A stretch of 64,000 bases of DNA, from positions 110,678 through 174,677 of the forward strand of contig CM119266.1 of assembly GCA_051294375.1 (NCBI GenBank). Reading direction: 5' to 3'. A program made the position numbers and the translations under genes. Source of the DNA: Paraspadella gotoi (lineage: Eukaryota > Animalia > Chaetognatha). Below, in pieces: positions 14,247-27,950 of this stretch (position 1 is its first letter; each line of letters opens with the position of its first letter). The notes beneath the pieces are model-generated. The model was not told the origin of the DNA and ran no database searches. It saw nothing but the letters and a program-made list of their open reading frames with translations.

Positions 14247-14764
14247 ATGGAATTGCGACGATCTTTATGCTTTTAAGATTCTTTTAACTTGCATCATTTT
14301 TTCACATTAATTAATTAATTAATTAAAACATTTATTAGTAATCATTAATATTAAAGATTCAAGTAAATGTTTTTTTCTATCATTTTTTAACTTTAGCCCA
14401 ATTTTTACTCATAATTATTAATAAATATAGTTAACTAACTTTTTATAAAACATAAAATTTAAAAATAAACTTACCAAAATATTTTAATAAGTCTTTATTT
14501 TTATATTTCAAAAGCTCATATAAATTTTTTAAAATTTTAATAATTTGATTTATCATAACTTATAATGGTTTTGCTATTATATATATTATATATATTTTAA
14601 TGTTAAAAACCGCCATTTCCGACAAGAAAGATAAAATTATACAAGAAAATGGTCATCACCATCGAATTCTACAGACTACATTACACTAAAATATCTATGT
14701 ACCTCACTTGATTTGTTATATTTTGTTATTTTTCAACGTTCTATTATATATTAATAAATATTTA

Positions 14765-17700
14765 GACATCGCGGACAAGGGAAGAGCTGCGGTAGTCATG
14801 GACGCCCATGACTACAAAGAAAAAAGTTCGCCAAAATAGATGGCGAGGATTAGAAAAACATACCATCTTCTATCTCAAGGATCCGACTCTAGCTTACAGA
14901 ACCTCGGATTCAGACCTGTGACAAAAAGAATACGTGTGAATACTGTCCCCCGCTCAGTATTTCACAGAGTCAACCTGACTCAACGCAGCCTCTTTGTTCT
15001 TCGGTCAACGGAAGGGTACATAAGCCCGGTCTACCGTTACGCCCAATCGTATCGGCTCCGCAATTCCATTTTTAATTATGTACGAAGGAGTTGGGGCGGC
15101 ATCCTAACTCCACTCGTTGGTAATCAACACCACCTCCGGAACTCTGTTTGATCTGACGGAAAAGTTGCAACACATAAAAGTGCCGTAGTCATTGCTTGGT
15201 CTCGTGTGATTCTAACAAGCATGTTTATACAACATCCCCAGGAATTGGCGTTAAAATCAGCAGAACGCCGCCTGAGGAAGACCGGACTTACAGCGTACGC
15301 CAATCTCAATTGAATTGACATCATGGCGCTGTTGCGGCTCGAAATTTTGACATGGTTCGAAGATTATTGAAGCGTGTACGTGGGCCAGGCTCTGGCGGTT
15401 GTGGGACATTATTGGCGTGAGATCGATTGAATGTTTGAGCTATGTTGCAAGAATCCAGAGTCCTATTGTGTAGTATGATTTGTTATTTATGAGAGGTATT
15501 GAATATGGACGGAGTGAATGTCGTGATGACGACCGCTCTCTTTCGCGTTTTTGACCATGTGTGGTGACAGACGTCTAGCTCCTCTCATATTTTCTCTGCT
15601 TCTTTCCTTAATTGTGTCTTCCGCCAATTGTGTCATACTGTCCGTTTTACCATTTCTTGTTCTTCTTTTCTTTTTTCCTCCTTTCTTTTCATCATTTCGC
15701 TAACTTGTTATTGTTTACTATTTCTCGCTCTCCTGTGCCTCGCTTCCTGCGCCTCTATAGAGGACCTTACTTCTCATTAACACCTCTCACTTTCTGTAAC
15801 AGGTTCTATGGGCCCTCGTTCGAATGAGCGATTAAAGTGGACGCGCATTGTCGAGGAGAGATTGAATGAACCTTTGTATCGAATGGTGTGGTCCGCCTTC
15901 CCGCATACTCGCTGCGCGATGGTGTGAGCTGATGGAGTGGCAAAAGACAGCGGCAGAAAGGAAGGGAGAGAGAGCGGCGAGTTATAGCATTGAGGAAGAT
16001 AAACGTCGGTAAGGAAAGATGATAGGACAGTGCGAAGAACCGACGCACACAGACACAGACAGTAATACAGTATCGCCCTATCGGCATCTCATAGCGCGCC
16101 GTACTCGTGTAGCTGTGAGACGAACTGACGTGGAGCGCACAAGGTCAGAATTACACCATATAAACCGACAAGGAAAGGGCGAAATAGACAGAATAGATAA
16201 AGATATACGACGTACTGACGCCAGCGGTAGAGCACGAACGCAAACAGAGAATATGAGCAAATTCAGTCAAAATGAGTGACACGTGATAGGCGAATAAATG
16301 GTTACCGATAAATAAATATGAAACAAAAGAATCCGGTGAAGTGAAACAAATCGCTGACGGACGTAGAGGCATGAGAGCAGAGAGAGACGAGAGGAAAAAA
16401 TAATGTAGCCGAGACCACGCGTAGTCAGCATAATGAGATTAACAGAATGAAGGTGGGAGCAGAGCAACTCAAGAGAGAGTCTCCTAGTAGGCGGCTAACG
16501 ATCATCGCTTTCTACCTTCCTGGCGACCTCCCTAGCGGGTAAGAACCTAGTGCTCGCTCTCTGATGGTAGAACTGGAGAGGAGAGAGCCGTTACGCAGAG
16601 CGGAGAGAGAGAAGACCAGCACAGCGCGACGTAGAGAGAGATAGAAAGCAGAGAGCGCGAGAGAGCAGAGTAGAGCAAGAGAAGACGAATGAGGCTCACT
16701 GTGAGATCCAGCATCACCCTAAGAAAGCACCAGAGAGAGAAAGGAATTCAAGAACTCGAAAGTCAAGTGTTCGGTACGAAGAGAGGTGACGTGCAGACAG
16801 ATGAGAAGGAATATCGACACAGATCAGTGAGAACCCGCGGTTTTATACTGTGAGCAATTAGGTGAAACCGAAAGATTAAAATCCCCAGACCAGAGAACAT
16901 CAGAGAGCCGTCCATAGGAAGGCATAAGACGGACCTGAGGAGTAGCAGGGGCGCCGCGAAGTACTCTAGTAGCTATCGTGTCACACATTTGTGGCAGCAT
17001 ACGTGGGCGAGGACAGGGCAAATTGAACATTGGACGTCTGCGTCGAGTTCCTGCCCGTGACTGCGATTCAGACTCTAGACAGCGCTCCGCGTCCTTACTC
17101 TCAGACTCGTATCGGCCCTTGCAGACTGAGCCTGGCAACAACCAAACTCAACTCACGTATAGAGCGCTGTGACGAACAACCTGAACGACAACTCAACGCA
17201 AGGCAAATACTGGCCATCTATTCACGTGGTCAGTGTCTGTCTTTCGAGTAGCTGATGATCCATTACTCCCAATATACTGGTTCTCAAGAGGTATTAGAGA
17301 GGCGATTTAATCAAAGCCTCGACCTCTTTGAACCGTGATGGAGGACGAATTCGATCTCCTCAAGCTACGATACGCTTATCAAAAGCGTGGTGGAGGCCCG
17401 TCGTCCACCACGGTCCGCACAATGACTCCCTGTAGCCACTCAACGCAACAGGCGGAGAGCCTTGTGTACAGCAATGGCAAACGATGCCTCTCCTTCAACT
17501 GCAGCAACTCACCCTTCTCTCTGTGGAGTGAGCGTCCACCCAAAAGACGGCTGCAGCGAGGAAGGGGAGGAGTCCACAACTCATGTCGCCAAAGCGCAAG
17601 AACGGACAACCACCCATCTCGTCAGCAGACGAGAAGAGGGCAGTCGACAGGCTACCCAGGGCCAGAGAGACATTAGGGTAGCCCTTGGACTCTTCCCGCC

Positions 17701-18370
17701 AAGGAAGCCTTCCAGTCCAATGCACATAGGTTCAACCAACATGACCTCTCAGCCATTGAACACGTCAATGACCTCGACCACATCGTCAAGACCCTTCATT
17801 CTGCTTCAACCAAAGGGGCCAGCCTACTTTGAGCTCTTTCTTTTAATTCTTGAACTTTCACTGTATTTCATATTAATACTTATTAATACTTATTTCCACT
17901 TTTCATTTTCAATTTTTTCACACTCCATTATTTATTAATAGTTAATTGTTTTAAAATATTTATTTCATCTTTAGTCTAAACAATTTATCTCTGTTGTACA
18001 TACAAAAATGTATTATCTTTCAAAATGTTCTTCTCTATCTCTCTCTCTCTGTCTCTCTCAATTTTTTCACTATTAGTTTCTTTTCACAATCTGCGTCATT
18101 CTGTCCTCACTTGACCCTGTCCTCACATCTGACCACTGTTCTTCTTCTCAATCTCTGTGTTGGAAACTTTGCCCTCTCTCTCTCTCTTTCTCTTTTCCTC
18201 TGCAAAAACTTTTTTTTGAAATTCACAAATATCTCTGACGCCGATGAAGGCTTGTACATTTAAAGCCGAAACATGTCCGTCTTATACAAATAAAATCGTT
18301 GTTGAACAATTTTAAAACGTCCTTTATTATAAATATTTAAAAGCTTCAGTGCAACAACCTAATGAACTAA
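14765..18370 (+). mobile_element. Near full-length but heavily degraded or error-rich Penelope-like element
   Basis: Fragments ADKGRAAVVMD..DYKEK (~14770), HKPGLPLRPIVS (~15020-15055), ILTPLVGNQHHLRNS, a PTHTD-like segment (~16040), a CG..YVGE GIY-YIG-like segment (~16990-17010), RGIREAI/LNRDGG (~17290-17345), then a 3' region with a hammerhead at 18237. Homologous to 30470-31500. Confidence 0.75.
18237..18281 (+). ncRNA. Hammerhead ribozyme variant (CCGATGA core)
   Basis: GACG-CCGATGA-A-GGCTT..AAGCC-GAAA-CATG-TC-CGTC; both stems covary relative to the other copies; one core substitution. Confidence 0.75.
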
Positions 18371-18634
18371 TTCAAAAACTTACATTGAAAATCGATTTAG
18401 TAATAAAAGGAAAAAAATTTTTAAAGAGAACTAGAAGTTATAAAAAATGTTCAATTTTGGCCCGCCTTACTAGATATATTGCATGTGATTAAACAATGTT
18501 ATCGGAATAATATTTTTATCAATTTTATGTATTTTGTAAGTATTTTAAGTATTTTTATTCAGTGAGCAAAATAACAACTTTTTTATTTGCTTACTTTAAT
18601 CTCGGACTCTCTCTCTTTCTCTCTCTCTCTCTCT

Positions 18635-19727
18635 NNNNNNNNNNNNNNNNNNNNNNNNNNNNNNNNNNNNNNNNNNNNNNNNNNNNNNNNNNNNNNNNNN
18701 NNNNNNNNNNNNNNNNNNNNNNNNNNNNNNNNNNNNNNNNNNNNNNNNNNNNNNNNNNNNNNNNNNNNNNNNNNNNNNNNNNNNNNNNNNNNNNNNNNNN
18801 NNNNNNNNNNNNNNNNNNNNNNNNNNNNNNNNNNNNNNNNNNNNNNNNNNNNNNNNNNNNNNAATGTGACTCATATTTTTTTTAATTTAAACTCATTTCC
18901 ACCCGTACGTTTTCACCGAAACTTTATATTAAGCATCGTTACACATTTTTCTANNNNNNNNNNNNNNNNNNNNNNNNNNNNNNNNNNNNNNNNNNNNNNN
19001 NNNNNNNNNNNNNNNNNNNNNNNNNNNNNNNNNNNNNNNNNNNNNNNNNNNNNNNNNNNNNNNNNNNNNNNNNNNNNNNNNNNNNNNNNNNNNNNNNNNN
19101 NNNNNNNNNNNNNNNNNNNNNNNNNNNNNNNNNNNNNNNNNNNNNNNNNNNNNNNNNNNNNNNNNNNNNNNNNNNNNNNNNNNNNNNNNNNNNNNNNNNN
19201 NNNNNNNNNNNNNNNNNNNNNNNNNNNNNNNNNNNNNNNNNNNNNNNNNNNNNNNNNNNNNNNNNNNNNNNNNNNNNNNNNNNNNNNNNNNNNNNNNNNN
19301 NNNNNNNNNNNNNNNNNNNNNNNNNNNNNNNNNNNNNNNNNNNNNNNNNNNNNNNNNNNNNNNNNNNNNNNNNNNNNNNNNNNNNNNNNNNNNNNNNNNN
19401 NNNNNNNNNNNNNNNNNNNNNNNNNNNNNNNNNNNNNNNNNNNNNNNNNNNNNNNNNNNNNNNNNNNNNNNNNNNNNNNNNNNNNNNNNNNNNNNNNNNN
19501 NNNNNNNNNNNNNNNNNNNNNNNNNNNNNNNNNNNNNNNNNNNNNNNNNNNNNNNNNNNNNNNNNNNNNNNNNNNNNNNNNNNNNNNNNNNNNNNNNNNN
19601 NNNNNNNNNNNNNNNNNNNNNNNNNNNNNNNNNNNNNNNNNNNNNNNNNNNNNNNNNNNNNNNNNNNNNNNNNNNNNNNNNNNNNNNNNNNNNNNNNNNN
19701 NNNNNNNNNNNNNNNNNNNNNNNNNNN
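18635..19727. other. Assembly gaps
   Basis: N runs 18635-18862 and 18954-19727; smaller ones at 39047-39071, 40143-40242, 41731-41755 and 60454-60463. Confidence 1.
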
Positions 19728-20280
19728 NTTTCTAATTTGAACTCTTTTCCACTCCTACGATTCCATCTAAAAATTTATATCCAGCTTTATCACATACTTT
19801 CCTTACCCACACACAAATTCAATTTCGATTTATGTATCCAATTTTTAATAAACATAATAATTATGAGTAAATTTAAGTAAAAATACTTCAAGTAAATATG
19901 ACTTTTGTTTTTAACTTTTAACTCATTTCCACTCGCACGATTCCATCGAAACTTTATATCTAGCTCAATCACACACTTTCCTACCATCAAACAAAATTTC
20001 AAGTCAATTGCCCAGTCCACTCATGGAGCAATTGGCGTTCAAATAGTGAAATATATTTTTTTTTTTTTTCCATTTAAACCAATTTCCACTCGCACGATTC
20101 CCTCGAAACTTAATATCCATCTCAATCACATCACATCACATCGTTTTTATTGCATAATTTATCATAATTCGATGTTCTGACATGATATAAGTGTGTGCCC
20201 GACAATATTGAGGGGGCGGACCGACGGACCGACAAAGTGAATTATAGAGTCGGGATCTGCTGATAAGCAGATCCGACTAA

Positions 20281-21756
20281 AAACAAGTTTGAGCAAACAA
20301 TTTCGGATCTGCCTACAAAAACTAATTAATTAATTAATTAATTAATTAATTAATTTTAATAATTAATTATAAATTTATATACAGCTTATCATCATCGATG
20401 TCCTTAAAATAAAGTAAATGTGACTTATATTTTTTCCATTTAAACTCATTTCCACTCGCACAATTCCGTCAAAACTTCATATCTTGCTTCTTCACAATCT
20501 TTCCTTCCCGCTCACAAAATTTCATCTCAATCTATTATGGGTTAAAATAAGTAAAAAGATTCAAGTAAATGTGACTCATATTTTTATCATTTAAACTCAT
20601 TTCCACTCGTACCGAAACTTTATATCAAGCTTCGTCACACATTTTCCTACCCACACACAAAATTTGAACTCAATCTATCCATCCAATTATGATTAATTAG
20701 AGTATTTATTTGTTAAAATAAGTAAAAAGTTTGTGTGTTTTGTGTGTTTTTTCCATTTAAACTCATATCCACTCACACGATTCCGTCGAAACCTTATATC
20801 CAGCTTCATCACACATGTTCCGACTCATACACAAAATTTCATTCCGATCCAACCAGCCAATCACGAGTTATTGGGGCTTTTTGCTAAAGTGGGACGGATG
20901 GACGGTTTGATTGACTGATTAATTAATTGACTTGTTTTGACGCTCGTGGCGGCCGACGCGTGCGTTCCCGCGCGGAATGAAAGTTCGACGTCCGCCCAAA
21001 TAATAGGGAAAAGTTTTACAACTGATTCAGTCGCGAAGAAAAAAGGAAAAAGGGGGACAATTGGTATCCGTCTTATTTTTAACTTTAGCAATGTTTTAGA
21101 GAGAGAAAGTCGTTGCCTCTAGAACATTCAACGTTTTTAACCCTCTCGCCGTTGGGGTTTATTTTGATTGATTTTATATTCATCTTTTTATATTTTTAAC
21201 CTCGAAATTAAAGAATTAATTTCACATCTCGTTTTTATGAAACAAACATTTTATCTCCGTTTATCGTCGCCAAATTGTTTGTTGATAATAAACTAGCCAA
21301 CCTGTTCCAAAAACTGAACGTTATTTAAATAAGAACTAAAGTCAGCCAACGTGATCGAAACTACAGAGGCACAAACATGACTAATTGATTAATTAACTGA
21401 TTAATTATTTGATCTATTAATACATCCTGCATATACATTTAATATAAAAGGAAAAAAAATCATAATCAATTAGTGAAACAGGTTTTTTGTTTTTTTCCAT
21501 TTAAACTCATTTCCACTCAAACGATTCCATCGAAACTTTATATCCAGCTCAATCACACAATTCACGAGTAATTGGTGTTTTTTGCTAAGGTGGGACGGAC
21601 GGACGGACAGACGGACGGACATCATTTTTTTTGCATAATTTATCATAATTCGATGTTCTGACATGATATAACTTAGTGCCCGACAATATTGAGGGGGCGG
21701 ACCGACAAAGTGAATTATAGAGTCGGGATCTGCTGCAAAGCAGATCCGACTAAAAA
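20281..21756 (-). mobile_element. HINE/DINE-1-like element, family 1, complete short copy
   Basis: Both termini present, a (GGAC)n tract at ~21592-21620, internal subrepeats; joined head-to-tail to the previous copy. Confidence 0.8.
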
Positions 21757-21894
21757 CACATTTTCACTGTTTAAAGAAAAATCGTTGCTTGAACTACTTC
21801 AAACTCTTTCTAATTCAAAAACGCGACGAAAGAAAGGATTTCACATAATGGTATAAATGATAACTTTTTTTAATGAAAAGAAAAATGTATCATA

Positions 21895-21932
<38 letters not shown>

Positions 21933-22094
21933 GACCATTTCACTTCTTTTCAAAAAACTCACACAATCTGTCCTTGCCTTCATCTGTCCTCACCTCTGAC
22001 CACTATTCTGTCTCACTACTTTGTTGGAAACTTTAACTCTGTCTCTCTCTCTCTCACACATTTACTTTTACGAAAAATTTTGATAGTCTGTCAA

Positions 22095-22138
22095 AAACAC
22101 TGATGAAGACTCGAACAAGAGTCGAAACATGTCTGTTT
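22095..22138 (+). ncRNA. Minimal type I hammerhead ribozyme
   Basis: AAACA-CTGATGA-A-GACTC/GAACAA/GAGTC-GAAA-CATG-TC-TGTTT; palindromic ACATGT in place of stem III; sits in a solo Penelope pLTR-like fragment (~21890-22225). Confidence 0.9.
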
Positions 22139-23784
22139 CTTTTAAATAAAATCGTTGTAGTACAAATCTAAACTTTGTTTTCGCTAAATACCAAAACACA
22201 ACAAAACGAAAGGAATACCACAATAAGGAAAAGAAAAGAAAATTTTAAATCTGATTAACTTTTTGATGCATGGATATTGTTTCTCTTCTCCTTCACCTGC
22301 AAAAACTTAAAAATAGGGTTTTCCCTCTAAAGATTTACATAAAACTTTATGAAAAAAGGGTCTAACTTTCGGCTATAATTTTTGAGCAAAAAAATGGTAT
22401 ACCAGTAAAAAAATTACTGATGAAAAAAATTAAATTAGTAAAAGGTATTACAAATTAAAACCAAGAAAAAAAATTAGCAAAGTCTCATTAATTGAATGAA
22501 GTTGAAATGAAATTTTGAATATTTACAGTTAAAGTTAAAAGTCCTTTGGCTATTAAAAAACGAATTTTTTTAAGATGTAATAATTGATAAATATGATAGG
22601 ATTTTTTTATGATATGGATGATAATCCTTTGTGATAAAGCTGTCATATAACAGTAAAAAACCATTAGCAGTCTGAATAGATCAAAAACTTTTAATTATAC
22701 ATATTTAATTGATTATCAAGCACTATTTCCGGTTTGGGACACGCCCACTATTGATGAAAATCCTTTTTTGAACATTTTTTGTCTAAGTACTACTTATTAA
22801 ATAATTATACTAATCGCAGGATAAGTAAAAAATATCCGCCTAACTTTTCATATATAGTAAAAAGAAAAATTCCATATTGTAGTCCATGCCAACTTCCGGT
22901 AAATTGTGCGTAGGTCTAGTGCAAAATCTGATTGACGACACCTTGTTAATCGTTTTAAGCACTTAAAATTATACTAAAAACTGTACAGGAATGTGAAAAT
23001 TTTCGACTGGATGGTTAAAAAAAAAACTCTGCCTCGTCCCGATCCTTAATGGGCCCGCCTAACCCCCCCCCCCTCACCCGCTACGAAGAACCCATCTTTA
23101 TAACTCGCTCCTCACCCCTCTTCAATGTTCCCCACCCCCCAAAAAAAAATAGATGCTCTTTTAAAATTTTCTCTCCCCGTTTCTCATCCCCGCGTCAAAG
23201 CGCCTGAATTCTGCTTTTACTTGAATTCGCTATCTCTCTTCTGTTCCCTTTTCCCTTGCTTTATTCTCACAACTCAAATTATTATTCAATCTTTACAGCT
23301 GTTTTCAGTTTGCACTTGTGAATTAAGTTATCCCTTTCACTTTCAGATCGTACCCCCATTTTTTCTTTCCTTTCTATTATCACCCCATCTCACTTCTTTC
23401 CATTTCGCCTCCTATCCCATTCACATAGATCAATATTTCTTTTTCGTTTCTGCCTTCGTCGCCTTCGTCTCCTCTAAATTCGATTACTTCCTGTCCGCAT
23501 GAGCTCATACCTCCTGAAGAGACAGTAATTATTGTTATGTGTTAGTGACAGAACCGTTCAATATAAGCAGTCCCTGAGCTTCGGATCAGGCTGTAACACC
23601 ATGTTACAGGCGGGTTAAGCGCCCCGTTCCTGGTAGGCGACCACCGGGCTAGAACCCCGGACCTTTGGGTTGGGAGGCGAATGACTTGCCTTCGGCACCA
23701 ATGGCCGCTGATGAACGGTTGGTGAATTTTAGTCCACCATACATCCCCCCCTCCCATAGGGAGAAGTCTGTTGTGTCTATTCAG

Positions 23785-24271
23785 TAAGGCATAGTGAAAG
23801 TTACATACGAAAATTCTAAAAGTCAATTATGAACAACATACCATCAGTGAACATTAATTTGTAAAAAAAATTAATTTTATGTTCAAAATAGGCTTTACTT
23901 AATTTTGATTGCCTTCACCTGTCCTCACAATCTGACCACTATCCTTTACTCAATTCTTTGTTGGAAACTCTCTCTCTCTCTCTCTCTCTCTCTGTAACTC
24001 AATGTTAAAGAGAAAAACTTGATTATTGTCAAAGCACTGATGAAGACTCTAAAATGCAGAGTCGAAACATGTCTGTCAAAAACTGTCATAAAATCCGTTG
24101 TCAAAACAAATAAAAATTGTTTTTCTCCTAATGCCCAAAAACAACGAAAATCGAAAGTCTATACATAATATAAATTTTTTTTATACATAAATGTTCATAA
24201 GTATAATATTGTTCGTTCCTCACTTTTAGAATTTTAATTAAAGTTAAACTTAGGAATTTTACTACGCCTTA
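23785..24271. mobile_element. Non-autonomous hAT-type MITE (same family) carrying a hammerhead pLTR insertion
   Basis: TIR TAAGGCATAGT / ACTACGCCTTA; perfect 8-bp TSD CTATTCAG (23777-23784, 24272-24279). Confidence 0.9.
24034..24076 (+). ncRNA. Minimal type I hammerhead ribozyme
   Basis: GCA-CTGATGA-A-GACTCT/AAAATGC/AGAGTC-GAAA-CATG-TC-TGT; lies in a pLTR fragment (~23910-24170) nested in a hAT MITE. Confidence 0.85.
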
Positions 24272-26499
24272 CTATTCAGTGAATTGTTTTTGTCGGTGGA
24301 AAGTTGGTCACCAAGTTGAGGTATGTTGCCTGATGTGTTGATGGCGGAAAGTGCATCGCCAGGTTGAAGCATGTCGCCTGAAAGTGTTGTTGTTGCCGTT
24401 GTGTTCGGAAGTCGGGCTGTAACACCATATTACAGGCGGGTTAAGCGCCCCGTTCCTCTTAACTGGTAGGCGACCACCGGGCTAGAACCCCGGACCTTTG
24501 GGTTGGGAGGCGAATGACATGCCTCCGGCACCAATGGCCGCTGATGAGCGGTTGGTGGATTTTAGTCCACCATACTCCCTTTCGTATTTCGTACGTTAAT
24601 TAACGCTGGTGACTCGTCCTCAGAATAAGCCCCTTTGCTCCTGTCCGATATTGTTTTCTAATAATTTGTTATTGTTATAGCTATCTCAAAAGAGAAACCT
24701 TCACAGCAATATATTTTTATTAGGCACTTGTTTAGTAAAGTTTGGTTTGTGTTTGTTAACTATCTCTTTTCAAAGTGTTAAAAACTCTTCATTTGCATAT
24801 TGCAGTAAATCATAATGAAGTGGAAATTCAAACAAAAAATACATGGATCAAAATGTAATATGAAAATTTCAGAGCTATTTCAAGATGAGAAGCCATATCT
24901 AAATTTTTAACTTACTATGATCGCACACTTTTATAAAACTTAATTGTAATTTATAATAATTTTTATTTAAAAAAAAAGGAAAGTCCCAGCCAAAACTATA
25001 AAAGCGTAGTAGTTTTTATATAAAAATGCGTGACGCCAACGACAACGACGACGACGACGTCACTAAGAAAAAATCCTAAATCATTATATCAATAAAAATG
25101 AAAAGAAAGAAACAAAAGTGAGAAGAGCTAAAATGCGGGATAAAAAAGTCTTTTTCTGTTGCCGTCGGTTTGATTAGACTTCACAAGAATGAAGATTATT
25201 TTTTATTTGAAAAATATTCAATCTGAGTGAGATCTCGTTAAGCGATTTGCCCTTAATTGCTTTTTCGGGTTTTATCTCTTTTTATAATTCCCTCATTTTT
25301 TTTTATTTTATCGCGTCGAAGGAAAAAAAATGACATTAATGCAGTGAATGAATGAATCTGTTGTGAATAAATTACCGGCGTGAATGTATGCCGCTTTTTT
25401 TTTAACCCGCGAAGAAGAGTAACGCTCTCTTTGGTCCCATGAAACTTAAAGCTAATCAAATTTACGAATTACAGAGAGAGAGAGAAAGAGAGAGAGAGAG
25501 ATGCAGAGGAGATGGAGAGAAAGAGAGAGAGAGAGAGAGAGAGATGATTAACGACTGCCTTGTATTTCGGAGATAACGTCATTAAACGAGAGACAGACTA
25601 ACGACCCGACTCTTTTTTTTCTCTGTGGATTTTTACTCTCGCTCGTTCTACTTCTCTCCTTCATTCTTTTTTATTTCTTTTTTTCGGTTCTACTTCTTTC
25701 CTTCATTCTTTTTTATTTCTTTTTTTTCGGTTCTACTTCTTTCCTTCATTCTTTTTTATTTCTTTTTTTCGGTTCTACTTCTTTCCTTCATTCTTTTTTA
25801 TTTCTTTTTTTCGTTTCTTTCTTCTTTCCTTCATTATTTTTTTTCCCTTTTTTTTCGTTCTTATTCCCCTTATTCGTTAACCTCTTTTTTCCCTTTTTTA
25901 TTTTAAACCTTTTTTCCTCTATTTTGTTAACAATCTTTTGACACGATTTTTTACTACTTTTTATTACGTTTTCGATTTCAATAATTAATTTTCGAGCCGT
26001 TAAAACTTTGCTTTTTTTAAGCCTTTTTTTAAATTCAAAATTAACAAACAGTTTTTAGTGCATTTAATAATATAGGAAAAGAAATAAAAATAGTGGGAAC
26101 CGCAGCCCCTCACTCTCGGCCGAGCGTCTCTTGTCGCTCTCGAAAATCTGTCTTCCTTTTCAGACTCACAGAGACTCACAGAGACTCACAGAGACAAGCG
26201 TTCTTTCACTCGAGGTTCTTTACCCGTTTTTTTTTCTAGTCGCTTGTCACCTGAGTCGGTCTGACGTCTCGTTCCCCTCTCTTTATTTACCTTCTTCCTT
26301 TTTCTCTTTTCCCTTTTTTCTCTCTTTTTTCTTTCCATTATAACTCCACCTTTTTCCATGACCGGATTTTTTTTCTTTTCTCGAGATGTCAGTCTGTCTG
26401 TCAACTGAGTCGATTTGACGTGAATATCCTGCTCAATATTTCGGCTCAATTTTCTCACTTCTCTCACCATTCCCTTTTTCCTTCCTCCCGTCTAGGTTC

Positions 26500-27950
26500 A
26501 CTTTCCCTCCTCTGTATTTCTTTCTTTCTAACGTCCTTCTTTCCTCTCTTTTCTTTTTCATTTCCTTTCCTCCTATTTTTTCTTTCCTTTTCCTCCCCTT
26601 CTCTTTCCTCCATCTCCTCCACGTTCTCTTATCTTCCTCGTTTTCGAATCTCTCAACAGATTTCTCTCTTTCTTTTCTTTTTCCTCCTTTCCTCTATTCT
26701 TTTCTTTTTCCTCTTTTCCTCTTTTCTTTTCTTTTTCCTCCTTTTCTCTATTCCTTTCCTTTTTTCTCCTTTTCCTCCATTCTTTTTTTCCTCCTTTTCC
26801 TCCATTCTTTTTTCCTCCTTTCCTCTATTCTTTTTCTTTTTTCTTCTTTTCCTCTATTTTTTTCTTTTTCCTCCTTTCCTCTATTCTTTTTTCTCCTTTT
26901 CCCTTTTTTCTTTTTTCTTTTTTCTCCTATTCTTTTTTCTTTTTTACTCTATTCTTTTTGTTTTTCCTCCTTTCCTCTTTTCTTTTCTTTTTTCTCCTTT
27001 CCTCTATTTTTTTTTCTTCTTTCCTACATTTTTTTCTTTTTCCTCCTTTCCTCTATTCTTTTTCTTTTTCCTCCTTTCCTCCTTTTCTATATTCCTTTAC
27101 TTTTCCTCCTTTCCTCTATTCTTTTTCCTCTTTTCCTCTTTTCTTTTTTCTTTTTCCTCCTTTCCTCTATTCTTTTACTTTTCCTCCTTTCCTCTATTCT
27201 TTTTCCTCCTTTCCTCTTTTCTTTTTTCTTTTTCCTCATTTCCTCTTGTAGCGGTATTATTTCATACCCCGTTACTCGTCCGAGAATCAGCAGCACCTAT
27301 GGCGCCGGAGGTAGCACGAGCTCCTCCCAACCCAAAGGACTCGGGTTCGCGCCCTGCTGATTCACACAAGTAAAAGCGGGACGGGGCGTCTAACCCACCT
27401 GTAGTGACGGACAACAGCCCGATCCGAAGTTCGGGACCTTGTGTGCAACGGATGGTGAACTGCTCGCGGCATCGTCTTCCACACTCTATTCTTTTACTTT
27501 TTCCTCCTTTCCTCTATTCTTTTTCTTTTTCCTCCTTTCCTCCTTTTTTCTATTCTTTTACTTTTCCTCCTTTCCTCTATTCTTTTTCCTTATTTCATCT
27601 TTTCTTTTTTCTCTTTCCTCCTTTCCTCTATTCTTTTACTTTTCCTCCTTTCCTCTATTCTATTTCCTCCTTTCCTCTTTTCTTTTTTCTTTTTCCTCCT
27701 TTCCTCTATTATTTTACTTTTTCCTCCTTTCCTCTATTTTTTTCCTTCTTTCCTCATTTTTTTCTTTTTCTTCCTTTCCTCTTTCCTTTTTTCTTTTTCC
27801 TCCTTTCCTCACTCCCTCCTTCACCTTTTTCCCTGTCATCTCTTCTTTCCAACGCTCATTTTTCTCTATTATTTCCCGCCCAGCTTCCTCCTCCTCTTCC
27901 TCCCCCTCCTCCTCCTGCCCTTTTTCTTCTGACCCTTTTTCCCTTCGCTT
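26500..27950 (+). repeat. Polypyrimidine low-complexity tract with TTTCCTCCTTTCCTCTATTCTTTT units
   Basis: About 1.4 kb, almost purely C/T, split by the family D LTR. Confidence 0.9.
27247..27483 (+). mobile_element. Solo LTR, family D, with tRNA-Gly-like core
   Basis: TGTAGCGG...TTCCACA; 4-bp TSD CTCT; A box TGGCGCCGGAGG, CT-CCC-AA loop, B box GGTTCGCGCCC; inserted in a CT-rich repeat. Confidence 0.85.

Larger units (their letters stand above)
13968..20283 (-). mobile_element. HINE/DINE-1-like element, family 1 (contains Penelope insertion and gaps)
   Basis: 3' terminus AAACAAGTTTGAGCAAACAATGTCGGATCTGC at 13968; 5' hairpin GTCGGGATCTGC-TGATAA-GCAGATCCGAC-TAAAAA at ~20249-20283. Joining the two ends into one element across gaps is inferred. 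Confidence 0.6.
23540..24576 (-). mobile_element. Two-LTR family C TRIM remnant, with a hAT MITE in the internal region
   Basis: LTR copies at 24415-24576 and 23540-23743; polypurine tract (G-rich, minus strand, 23745-23755) immediately before the 3' LTR; both LTRs truncated at their 3' ends; PBS not seen. Confidence 0.7.

Noticed and set aside
18562-19735. ORFs made mostly of X
   Set aside because: They run through assembly gaps.
23705-23735. CTGATGA in family C LTRs (also ~24541 and ~62779) as a hammerhead core
   Set aside because: No properly placed stem II-GAAA-NUH arrangement follows.
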